From positions 32,001 to 96,000 of the forward strand of contig JAPSGB010000005.1 in NCBI GenBank assembly GCA_035063585.1: a stretch of 64,000 nucleotides of DNA. The letters are read 5' to 3'. The notes under the pieces were generated by a model, which was not told where the DNA came from, ran no database searches, and was given only the letters and a program-made list of their open reading frames with translations. Position 1 is the first letter of the stretch, and every line of letters starts with the position of its first letter. Both the position numbers and the translations under genes were made by a program. Shown piece by piece: positions 23,323 to 31,835 of the stretch. The DNA is from Polyangiaceae bacterium. Its GTDB lineage: Bacteria; Myxococcota_A; Polyangia; Polyangiales; Polyangiaceae.

Positions 23323-25176
23323 GTGTATCCTAGGCCGGTGCGGGTGCTTGCTTCGTGGTCTCGGGCGCTCTTCGGATCCCTGCCGCTCATCGCCGCCGCG
23401 TTCGCGCTCGCGGCGTGCTCGGACGACTCATCGTCATCGGAGGTCGAGCCGGCGCGCGACGCGTCTGCCGACGTCATGGACGCCAGTGAAGACGCGGACG
23501 CGAGCGCGGACGCTGGCGCGGACGCCGACGCGAGCGCGGATGGGCCGCCCGACGCCGTGAGCGAGGAGACCGGCGTCCCCGACGCGAGCGGCGACGCCGA
23601 CGCGAGCGGGGAGGCGGGAACCATCGCGCCGGTCTTCGACGTCCCGGGGACCCGCGTCGGCGAGGTGTTCTCGGGGACGTATTCTCCGTCGAGCGTCTGC
23701 GCCGGTTGTCACGGCGCAACGCTCGACGACGCCGCGAGCCCGCACGGAACCTGGAGCGGTAGCCTCATGGCGCACGCGGGGCGTGACCCGCTCTTTTTCG
23801 CGCAGCTCACCACCGCGAACCAGGACGTCCCTGGGGTCGGCTCCTACTGCTTGCGCTGTCACGTCCCCGCGGCGGTCGCGACCGGACACGTCCTCGACTC
23901 GACCGGCGGCTCACTCGACGAGCAGGATCGCGACGGGGTGACCTGCCACCTCTGCCATTCGATGGTCGATCCGCTCTATCAGGGGGGGGTGAGCCCGCCC
24001 AACGACGAGTCGATCCTCGCCGGCCTCGCCTCGCGACCATCGCATTACGGTAACGCGATGTTCGTGCTCGATCCGACGGGGCTTCGCCGCGGCCCTTACG
24101 CGGACGCGACTCCTCCGCACCCGGCCATCCAGTCGCCCTTCTACCGAACGGGTGAGCTCTGCGGCACCTGTCACGACGTAGGCAACCCGGCGGTCTTGAA
24201 GCAGCCGGACGGGACGTATCGCTACGCGGATCCCACGAAGCCTGCGTCCGGGGATCCGCTCGCGCAGTTCCCGCTCGAGCGGACCTACAGCGAGTGGAGG
24301 CTGTCGGCCTTCGCCCGAGGTGGGGTCGACATGGAAGGGCGCTTCGGTGGCCCGGGCGCGACGACCGTCTCGACCTGTCAGGACTGCCACATGCCGCGCA
24401 CCGCGGCGCTCGGCTGCATCTTCGGTCCGTCGCGCAGCGATCTCGCCAAGCACGAATTCGCTGGCGCGTCCGCTTGGGTGCTCGACATCATCGCGCTCGC
24501 GAACCCCGACGCCGACCAGGCAGCGCTCGCGCGCGGCCGCGCCAGCGCCGTCGACATGCTCTCGCGGGCAGCGACGCTCGAGGTGAGCGAGCTTGGCCCC
24601 AGCCTGCGCGTGCGGGTGATGAACCAGTCTGGGCACAAGCTGCCGAGCGGACACATCGAGGGGCGGCGCGTGTGGGTAAACGTGCGCTTCTTCGATGCGT
24701 CGAAGGTGCTCGTCGCCGAGCATGGTCATTGGGATTCTGGCACGGCCGAGCTCGATGAGGCCTCGACTACGGTGTTCGAGATGGTGATCGGGCTCAGCCC
24801 GGCGGCGGCAGCGAGCACCGGGCTCCCGGCGGGGCCGACCGCGCACATGTCGCTCGCTGACGTGATCGTGAAAGACAACCGGATCCCCCCGCGCGGCTTC
24901 GTCGCGAGCGACTTCGCGGCGGCGGGTGCGCCCGTGGTCGGCGCGCCGTACGCCGATGGCGAGCACTGGGCCGACGTCGATTTCCCGCGCCCGGTGGGCG
25001 CCACGAGCGCGACCGTGACGCTCTACTATCAGACGGTCACGCGCGAGTACATCGAGGCGCTCCGCGACGGCAACCACACCGACGGGCGCGGGCAGGCGCT
25101 CCATGACCTCTGGGAGCAGACGGGCAAGGGCCCGCCCATCGCGATCACGACCGAGGACGTCACGCTCACGCCTTGA
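23323..25176 (+). CDS. Multiheme (5 x CxxCH) c-type cytochrome lipoprotein
   Basis: Lipobox LAAC, Asp/Ala linker, CAGCH, CLRCH, CHLCH, CGTCH, CQDCH, GHKLPSG; start approximate. Confidence 0.88.
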   Translation: MYPRPVRVLASWSRALFGSLPLIAAAFALAACSDDSSSSEVEPARDASADVMDASEDADASADAGADADASADGPPDAVSEETGVPDASGDADASGEAGTIAPVFDVPGTRVGEVFSGTYSPSSVCAGCHGATLDDAASPHGTWSGSLMAHAGRDPLFFAQLTTANQDVPGVGSYCLRCHVPAAVATGHVLDSTGGSLDEQDRDGVTCHLCHSMVDPLYQGGVSPPNDESILAGLASRPSHYGNAMFVLDPTGLRRGPYADATPPHPAIQSPFYRTGELCGTCHDVGNPAVLKQPDGTYRYADPTKPASGDPLAQFPLERTYSEWRLSAFARGGVDMEGRFGGPGATTVSTCQDCHMPRTAALGCIFGPSRSDLAKHEFAGASAWVLDIIALANPDADQAALARGRASAVDMLSRAATLEVSELGPSLRVRVMNQSGHKLPSGHIEGRRVWVNVRFFDASKVLVAEHGHWDSGTAELDEASTTVFEMVIGLSPAAAASTGLPAGPTAHMSLADVIVKDNRIPPRGFVASDFAAAGAPVVGAPYADGEHWADVDFPRPVGATSATVTLYYQTVTREYIEALRDGNHTDGRGQALHDLWEQTGKGPPIAITTEDVTLTP

Positions 25177-25199
25177 GCGCCGGCCGCGCGCGCGAGTCC

Positions 25200-25226
25200 G
25201 CGCCGCCGGCCGCGCCGGCCCGGCAC
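25200..25226 (+). repeat. Dispersed intergenic GC-rich motif, copy 3
   Basis: GCGCCGCCGGCCGCGCCGGCCCGGCAC between convergent genes. Confidence 0.5.
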
Positions 25227-25231
25227 GCTCG

Positions 25232-28200
25232 TCACTCGATCACGACCCGATCGCCCGAGCCGCGGCCGAAGGTCTCGGGATCGTACATCTCTTCGGCCTT
25301 GGGCGGCGGCGCCACGAAGGTGCCCGGCGTGGTGGCGCGGGCCACGTACGTGTAGCTGTAGACGCCGCCCCAGAGCAGTGAGGCGAACGCCTCCACGCGC
25401 TCGTCGCGGAGGTTCTGGTGCTCGTACCACGCGCTCGTCCACCACCACGGCGCGCCGCTCTGGGCCTGCTGCGGATCGCGCGGGATCTCGCCCGTCATCG
25501 CCAGAGCGGAGTTTTGCGCCTCGAACCCGGCGGGGAGCGGATCGACCAGCGCGACGTGGTAACGCCGCGCTGGCGCGACCAGCTCGAGCCGCACGCGGAC
25601 CAGCGCGCCGAGCTTCACGTGCCACACGCCGTCGCGATCACGTCGGACGTCCGACGATGACTCCGCTCCCTCGTAGACACGGCTCAGTGAGAAGCCGGCC
25701 TCGAAGGGCGGTGGGCGCAGATCCTTCGGCACGTAGCTCATGCCGACCCGGTAGTAGAGGCGCCCGGGTCCGTCCTTCGCGATGGTGACACTCGGCGACC
25801 CGGGGAGCTCCGCGAGCGCGGAGAGCGGGACTTCGACCGCCTGGCGATCGGTCGTGCGCCCCTTGAACGCGTGCTCGGCGGCGAAGCGATCGCCGAGCCA
25901 CGCGCGCGCGATGAAGTCCGGCGTGATCTTCTCGTAAGTGCTGAAGTATCGGTCGAGGGCGAGGAGGATGAAGACGTTCTCCTGAGTCGATAGCCAGCGC
26001 CCGCGCTTTCGCGCGGCGAGCAAGCCCTGGGCGACCTTCGGGATGAGATCGCTCGAGGGGCGGTCGCGGATGAACGCCTCGAGTAGGATCCCGTCGGTGC
26101 GGCGGCTCGACTCGAGCGTGACGTGTGCCTCGTCGGATACGCCGGTGACGAAGTGAGCCTTACCTGCCGTCTCGGTGACGCGGTTGTCGAGGTAGCGACG
26201 GATGTCTGCGAGCTCGGGCGCGGCGGCCGGATCCTTGGCGATCAGCGGCAAGATGAAGCCGAGCGCGTCGAGCGAGAGGTCGTCCAGGCTCTTGACCTCA
26301 CGGGCCAAGAGGGTGGCCTCGCGGCTCACGTCTTCACCGTTGAGATCGCGGACGAGGAGCGCGTAGGCGCGCGTGGTGCGCCGCTCTCGCGGCGGGTAGT
26401 AGGGGGGGAACCGGCTTTGGATGGTGCGGAGGTACGTGAGCGAGCTCGACAGCAACGAGCGGTCGATGGGGAAGCCCTTGAGGCGCGCCCTCACCAGGGC
26501 GTGCGCGACGTGCACGCTCACGAAGGGATCCGGCGTCATGTCGCGACGCCAGTAGGACCAGCCGTCGCTGTAGTGCTGGCGCTCGGCGAGCTTCTTCTGG
26601 TCCGCGGCGACGGTGGCGAGGAGCGCATCCTTCGAGGGGAGCCCCGGCGCTCCGAAGGCGCCGAGTACGTCTTTCAGAGCGGCGATGGCGAGCATTCGTG
26701 AGGCGAGTTGCTCGTTGCAGTCGAACGGGTAGCGCGCGAGGTAGAGCACCGCGTCGGTCAGGCCGGCGAGCGCGGTCGACGAGGTCGTGATGGAGAGCCC
26801 GCCCACCTCGGTGAACACTCCGCTCGGCATCTTGACGGGCTGCGCGACCGCGCCCTGATCGAGCTGCCCGTAGGTCGCGAAGGCCTCGGTGGTGGCCGGG
26901 GTCCAGGTGGGCAGCTCGAACTCCGCGGCGTCGTTGCCGGTGGGGCTGAGGGCGCCCACCTGGAAGCGCGCGGTGCCGGGCTCTCCGGCCGCCGCCGGGA
27001 ACCGCACCTCGACGCGATCGTTCGCCGGCACCTGGACGCGCACTGCGGCCGCGCCGGTCACGGCGGCGTTGTCGGCGCGCAGCGCGACCTCGGCGGTGAG
27101 CGGCGAGGCGGTCTGGTTCTGCAGCACGACCGGCAGCTCGAAATGGTCACCGAAGTTGAGAAACCGCGGCGCACTCGGACGAACCATGAGCGGAAGGCGC
27201 GCGGTGACGTCGCTCTCGTTCTTGCCAAAGAGCTTGTCCCCGGAGCTCGCGACCGCGAGGAGGCGATAACGGGTGAGGTTGTCGGGGAGCTTCACGGTCG
27301 CGGTCGCGCGCCCGCGCGCGTCGGTGGTGAGACGGGGGACGAAGGCCGCGAGTGGGTTGAAGTCGGAGCGCACGACGAGCGGCTTGGCGCTCTCGCCAGC
27401 AGGGCTCCCTTCGCGCTTCCTCGCGTCAGAGGGGCTGCTCATCGGCGGCGGGGCTGCCCGGCCCGCTGCCGAGGCAGCGGCTGGCGCCGCCGCCATCATC
27501 CTCGGCTTGGCCGTCGCCTTCGCGACGCCGCCATTCGCGCCGAACCCCGCGTCATACGCCATGCGTTCCCGCGGCTCGAGCTGAAAGCGCGCGGTGTCCG
27601 GGCGTAAGAGCGCGAGCATGAGGCGCGACTCGAAATCGCTGACGTCGCTCCCGCGTCGCGGATAGAGCGCCGCGATCGGGTCGGGGAACTCGTAGCCCGC
27701 CAGCGCGAGGATGGACTCGTCGACCGCGACGAGCGCGACGGCAGCCCCGGAGACGGGTCGCCCCGCCGCGTCCTTGACCAGCACGCCGATGCGCGTCGAG
27801 CCGCCCGGCGAGAGACGCTTCGGCGTCGGCGCCACCTCGACGGCGAGAGTACGGTCGGTGGGCGGCACCGAGAGCGTGACGCTGCCCGATGCCGCGGCGG
27901 GCTCGAGCGGCAAGCTCGGATCCGGGTTCCCGTTCTCGCCCAGGCGCACGCGCGCTCCGACCAGGTCGACGCGCGCTTCGACATCAGGGATCCAGGCCGG
28001 GTCGAGCGCGGTCTTCAGCGTATCGGTCTTCTTCTCCAGGCGGAAACGCTGGAGCTTCACCACCCCGCCGCGCCGGAGCGTGAGCACCCCTTCGGCGGGC
28101 GCGAAGGGCGCGGCGACCAGCAATTCGGCCGTCTCGCCGCCGGCGTAGCTCTTCTTGTCGGGCACGAGCTCGACTCGCGCTCGCGAGACGGCGGGATTTT

Positions 28201-31200
28201 CCGGCGGATCGGCGCCGAGCACCCACAGCTCGCTCTCGGTCTGGCTCGCGCGGCCGTGCACGTCCTTCACTATGGCGGTGAGGCGGTGGAGGCCGCCGCC
28301 GTGAGTCGGTAGGCTGCAGCGGAGCGCGTCGCTCGCGCTCTCGACTTCGCAACGCTCCGGATCGACCTGGCGCTCGAGCCGCTTGCGCCCTCGGTAGGTG
28401 ACCTCGACGCGCGCCATCTCGACCGACACCGGACGCCCCGCGACGGCGTTGCCGTCGAGATCCGTCACGATGACGTCGAGCTGCGCGTTCTGCCCCGCGT
28501 GAAGGAGCTGGCGCTCGGCGCGGAGCCCGACCGTCACGCTGGCCGGGTGGACGAGCAGGTTCGCGCGCGCCGCCCAGGTCTGTCGGTTCACATCGGCGAC
28601 CTCGGCGGTGAGCGCGAGCGCGCGCGGATAGGCCGGCTCGAGCGCGTCGAAATCGATGCGGAGGCGATGCCGGCCCTCGCCGTCGGTGGTCGAGGTCCAG
28701 GTCGCGCGGCCGCGCCGGGCCTCTTCGTCGCTCTCCGGGCCCCACCACCAGCGGAACGGCTTGCCGAAGTGGTAGCCGTCGCGGTTCGGCGGCGTGAAGC
28801 GTGCGTCCTCGGCCGTCACGTGCCAGGTGGTACTTGCCCCGCCGAGCCCGCCGCCGGCGAAGTAGGTGGCCGCGACGGTCGCGAGCGCGTGTCCGCCGAC
28901 GAGGTGCGGCCCATCGCTCACCTGCGCGGTGACCTCGAACTCCGGGCGCCGGAACTCCTGGATCTCGAAGTCGTGGGTGCTCCGGCTGCCGCCTGGACCC
29001 TCGAGCAGGATGGTCGCGCCGCCGAGGTTCGCGCCGGCTGGCAAGGCGAGCGAGAAGTCGAAGCCGTCAGCGTCGTCGAGGGCGGCCTCGCCGTGGGCGA
29101 GGTCGGCGCCACGCGGGTCCCGCGCCGACCAGGTCACCGGGCCGCGCGGCGAGACGCGCGCGAGATCGCCGTCCTTCCCACCGGTGAGGCGGCGGAGCCA
29201 GCCCTTGACGTGCACCGTCTCGCCCGGCTTGTAGAGGTGGCGATCATCGAAGACGAACCAGCGTGTCTCTTCGCGCGCCGGCCGCGCTTCGAAGGTGCCG
29301 ACTCCCTTCTGGCCCGGGACGAACACGCGGTCGTCACCTCGCGTCGCGACGAGCAGATCCCCGGCGCTCCCGAGCGTGAGCCGCGCGATGCCGTCGGTTC
29401 CCGTCGTGCCCGAGGCTGCGCTCGGTATCGAGACACGTGCTCCGCTCACGGGAGCGCCGGTGGTGAGCTCGGTGACCCACGCGCTCACGTTGGTCCCGTC
29501 CTTGAACGTAGTGAGGCCGAGGCGAGTCACCTGTACCCACGCGCGCACCCACTGCCGGGCGCGATGGTCCCAGCGATTTCTCGGCTTGGGCTGGGTGGGC
29601 GGCTCGATGAGCGCGATCACCTGGCCAGAGCCGCCTCTTAGCGCGGGCGCGAGTGAGATCTGGGTTCGCGTCAGCGCGTCGCGCTCGCCCTTCGCCGGCA
29701 CGCGAGTGTCCGAGACGAGCCGCCCCGGAGGGGTGGTGACCCGGCCGTCCCAGTCGTAGGCCTGCCGGAACTTGACGTAGGCGTCGTAGTCGCTCGGCTC
29801 GACGCTGTAGAGCCGCACCCGGAGCGTCGGTTGGTTGACGCTATAGGCGTCGAGCATCCCGCCGGCCAAGGGATCGAGGACGACCACGTCTCGCTGCTCG
29901 GGGAAGAGCATCGGCTCGGCCTCGGAGACCGTGATCGCGGCTTTCGCGGGGGTGACGAGCGACTGCCCGAATTCGTCGCGGAGCTCCGGCGAGAGCGAGA
30001 TGGTGTAGCGCGTCCTGCCCTTGCTCTCGCCGCGGACGGAGAGATACCTCCCTCCGACGTCGATCTTCAGCCCAGCAAGCGGCGGCTCCACCGTCACCAT
30101 CCTCGGGTCGAAGGCGTCGGCGTCGACCGCGTTCGAGAGCTCGACCGTCCACGGCATGAGCGGCGGGCAGGAGCCGGACCAGCCGCAACGCGCGTGTTCG
30201 AGCTGGAATGGGCCGTGGACCGTGAACGTCTCCTGCTGCGGCTGCTCGGTCGGCAGGGGGCCCTCGGCGCTCGTCGCGCCCTTCTTGAGCACGAGCGCGA
30301 CCGAGGCGCCCACGGGCAGATCGCTGGTGGGCACGAGCGCAATCCAGCGATGCGGCTCGGCCTGAGCGGAGAGGTCGCGGATCTCGGGGCTCTTCGAGAG
30401 CTCCTCTTCGGTGGCGCGACGAAATGGCGTGCTGACGCCGCTCTCGAGCGCGAGGTGCGCGAGCAGCGTGTCCTCGTCGATGCGCTGGTTGAACGACGCG
30501 AAGATCACCGGCCGCACGTCGGTACGGTCGCTGTGGCGGTTCGGAAAGACCTGGTTGAAGGCCAGCGTCGGGGTCGTGAAGGACCAGCGCGCGGCGCTCG
30601 CGAGCGCGTGCCCGGAGGCGGCGCGGATCCCGTCAGGAACCTCCACCGCATAGCGGCCGGAGGCCGGGAAACGCTCGCCGGCGGGCTCGAAGAGCAGCGT
30701 CTGGGTGCCGACCCAGCGCCATTTCCCTGGCGGCTCGGGCGAGAGTCGGACCGGGCTCTCGCCCTTGGCGAGCTCGCCGAAGCTGGTCACCGGCACCATC
30801 GGCTCGGAGAAGGTGATCGAGAGGTTGGGTGCCACCGCGACGTCGCCATCCGGGGCGTGGCGCACCACCGAGAGCGCGCCGCCGCCGGTCGCCGCCGGCG
30901 GCGGCCCCGCGGCCGCAGGCGGCGGGAAAGCGGTCTTGACCGTCTCGCCCGGCCGCGGAGGCGGGAGTGAGCCGGGGCGGAGCGCCACCGTGGTCTTCGC
31001 CGCGCGCTCCTTGAACGGCGGCAGCCGCGCCATGACTCGCGCGGTCTCCTTCGCGTCGAGGGGAGCTCCGCGCGCCAGACGCGAGCTCTCGACGCGCTCC
31101 CGCTCGGCGTTGCTCAGGCGGAAACCAAGCCCGGAGGCTGACGCTCGCCACGTGACCTTCTCGGTCGGAGCGGATCTCGCCGGGCTCGCCTTCGGAGGGG

Positions 31201-31276
31201 GTCTCGGTGGAGGCGCGCCCGGACAAGCGGCCACTCCGAGCGCCAGGACCGACAGAAGCCATTTCGCGCGCTGCAT
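25232..31276 (-). CDS. Alpha-2-macroglobulin family lipoprotein
   Basis: About 2000 aa; lipobox VAAC, DRHLYKPGE, EFRRPEF, LPDNLTRYR, PRFLNFGD, thioester YPFDCNEQ, DPLPAGFE, AEEMYDPE. Confidence 0.93.
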   Translation of the reverse strand: MQRAKWLLSVLALGVAACPGAPPPRPPPKASPARSAPTEKVTWRASASGLGFRLSNAERERVESSRLARGAPLDAKETARVMARLPPFKERAAKTTVALRPGSLPPPRPGETVKTAFPPPAAAGPPPAATGGGALSVVRHAPDGDVAVAPNLSITFSEPMVPVTSFGELAKGESPVRLSPEPPGKWRWVGTQTLLFEPAGERFPASGRYAVEVPDGIRAASGHALASAARWSFTTPTLAFNQVFPNRHSDRTDVRPVIFASFNQRIDEDTLLAHLALESGVSTPFRRATEEELSKSPEIRDLSAQAEPHRWIALVPTSDLPVGASVALVLKKGATSAEGPLPTEQPQQETFTVHGPFQLEHARCGWSGSCPPLMPWTVELSNAVDADAFDPRMVTVEPPLAGLKIDVGGRYLSVRGESKGRTRYTISLSPELRDEFGQSLVTPAKAAITVSEAEPMLFPEQRDVVVLDPLAGGMLDAYSVNQPTLRVRLYSVEPSDYDAYVKFRQAYDWDGRVTTPPGRLVSDTRVPAKGERDALTRTQISLAPALRGGSGQVIALIEPPTQPKPRNRWDHRARQWVRAWVQVTRLGLTTFKDGTNVSAWVTELTTGAPVSGARVSIPSAASGTTGTDGIARLTLGSAGDLLVATRGDDRVFVPGQKGVGTFEARPAREETRWFVFDDRHLYKPGETVHVKGWLRRLTGGKDGDLARVSPRGPVTWSARDPRGADLAHGEAALDDADGFDFSLALPAGANLGGATILLEGPGGSRSTHDFEIQEFRRPEFEVTAQVSDGPHLVGGHALATVAATYFAGGGLGGASTTWHVTAEDARFTPPNRDGYHFGKPFRWWWGPESDEEARRGRATWTSTTDGEGRHRLRIDFDALEPAYPRALALTAEVADVNRQTWAARANLLVHPASVTVGLRAERQLLHAGQNAQLDVIVTDLDGNAVAGRPVSVEMARVEVTYRGRKRLERQVDPERCEVESASDALRCSLPTHGGGLHRLTAIVKDVHGRASQTESELWVLGADPPENPAVSRARVELVPDKKSYAGGETAELLVAAPFAPAEGVLTLRRGGVVKLQRFRLEKKTDTLKTALDPAWIPDVEARVDLVGARVRLGENGNPDPSLPLEPAAASGSVTLSVPPTDRTLAVEVAPTPKRLSPGGSTRIGVLVKDAAGRPVSGAAVALVAVDESILALAGYEFPDPIAALYPRRGSDVSDFESRLMLALLRPDTARFQLEPRERMAYDAGFGANGGVAKATAKPRMMAAAPAAASAAGRAAPPPMSSPSDARKREGSPAGESAKPLVVRSDFNPLAAFVPRLTTDARGRATATVKLPDNLTRYRLLAVASSGDKLFGKNESDVTARLPLMVRPSAPRFLNFGDHFELPVVLQNQTASPLTAEVALRADNAAVTGAAAVRVQVPANDRVEVRFPAAAGEPGTARFQVGALSPTGNDAAEFELPTWTPATTEAFATYGQLDQGAVAQPVKMPSGVFTEVGGLSITTSSTALAGLTDAVLYLARYPFDCNEQLASRMLAIAALKDVLGAFGAPGLPSKDALLATVAADQKKLAERQHYSDGWSYWRRDMTPDPFVSVHVAHALVRARLKGFPIDRSLLSSSLTYLRTIQSRFPPYYPPRERRTTRAYALLVRDLNGEDVSREATLLAREVKSLDDLSLDALGFILPLIAKDPAAAPELADIRRYLDNRVTETAGKAHFVTGVSDEAHVTLESSRRTDGILLEAFIRDRPSSDLIPKVAQGLLAARKRGRWLSTQENVFILLALDRYFSTYEKITPDFIARAWLGDRFAAEHAFKGRTTDRQAVEVPLSALAELPGSPSVTIAKDGPGRLYYRVGMSYVPKDLRPPPFEAGFSLSRVYEGAESSSDVRRDRDGVWHVKLGALVRVRLELVAPARRYHVALVDPLPAGFEAQNSALAMTGEIPRDPQQAQSGAPWWWTSAWYEHQNLRDERVEAFASLLWGGVYSYTYVARATTPGTFVAPPPKAEEMYDPETFGRGSGDRVVIE

Positions 31277-31436
31277 CGCCTCATTCCTCCGCGCTCGCGA
31301 CGGTATCACTCCCGCGCGCCACGCAAACGAGGTACGTTCGACGGGCGGTCAGGATCTCACCTCGCTCCCGGGATGCATACGGCCCCGGCGCGGCCCCGCG
31401 CTCCGCCGCCTCGTGCCGGCGGCCGGCGGCGGAGGC

Positions 31437-31829
31437 TCAGCGGTGAAAGAGCAGCCAGCTCACCGCCAAGACGAGGAGCAACACCACCCAGGTCAGCCAC
31501 TCGGCGCCTGGGCCCTTCGGCGCTCGCGCCGCCGCCCGGCGCTCATCGAGTCGTGCCAAGCGCTCCTCGAGGTCGTCGAATCGGCGCTCGAGCGCCCGCA
31601 GCCGATCATCCACCTCGACGTCGAGGGCGTCGGCTGGCGCTGGAGCGCTGAGCAGCGTGTCCCCGGAGGGCTCGCCGCGCGGGCGAGGGCGGTTCGAGGT
31701 GCGTGTGGGCGCCGGCGCCGCGGGCGGAGCGGAGGCGCCGGCGTCGCGCGCCGTCACCGGCGCGTCCTCGGGCATGGCGTCCCGCCGATCGTCGAAGGTA
31801 GACGGGGCGTCCGGCGGCTCGGTAGACAC
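31437..31829 (-). CDS. Small hypothetical membrane protein (coiled coil plus C-terminal TM)
   Basis: LRALERRFDDLEERLARLDE, then WLTWVVLLLVLAVSWLL; begins 6 nt after the bamA stop. Confidence 0.55.
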   Translation of the reverse strand: MSTEPPDAPSTFDDRRDAMPEDAPVTARDAGASAPPAAPAPTRTSNRPRPRGEPSGDTLLSAPAPADALDVEVDDRLRALERRFDDLEERLARLDERRAAARAPKGPGAEWLTWVVLLLVLAVSWLLFHR

Positions 31830-31835
31830 GACGGA

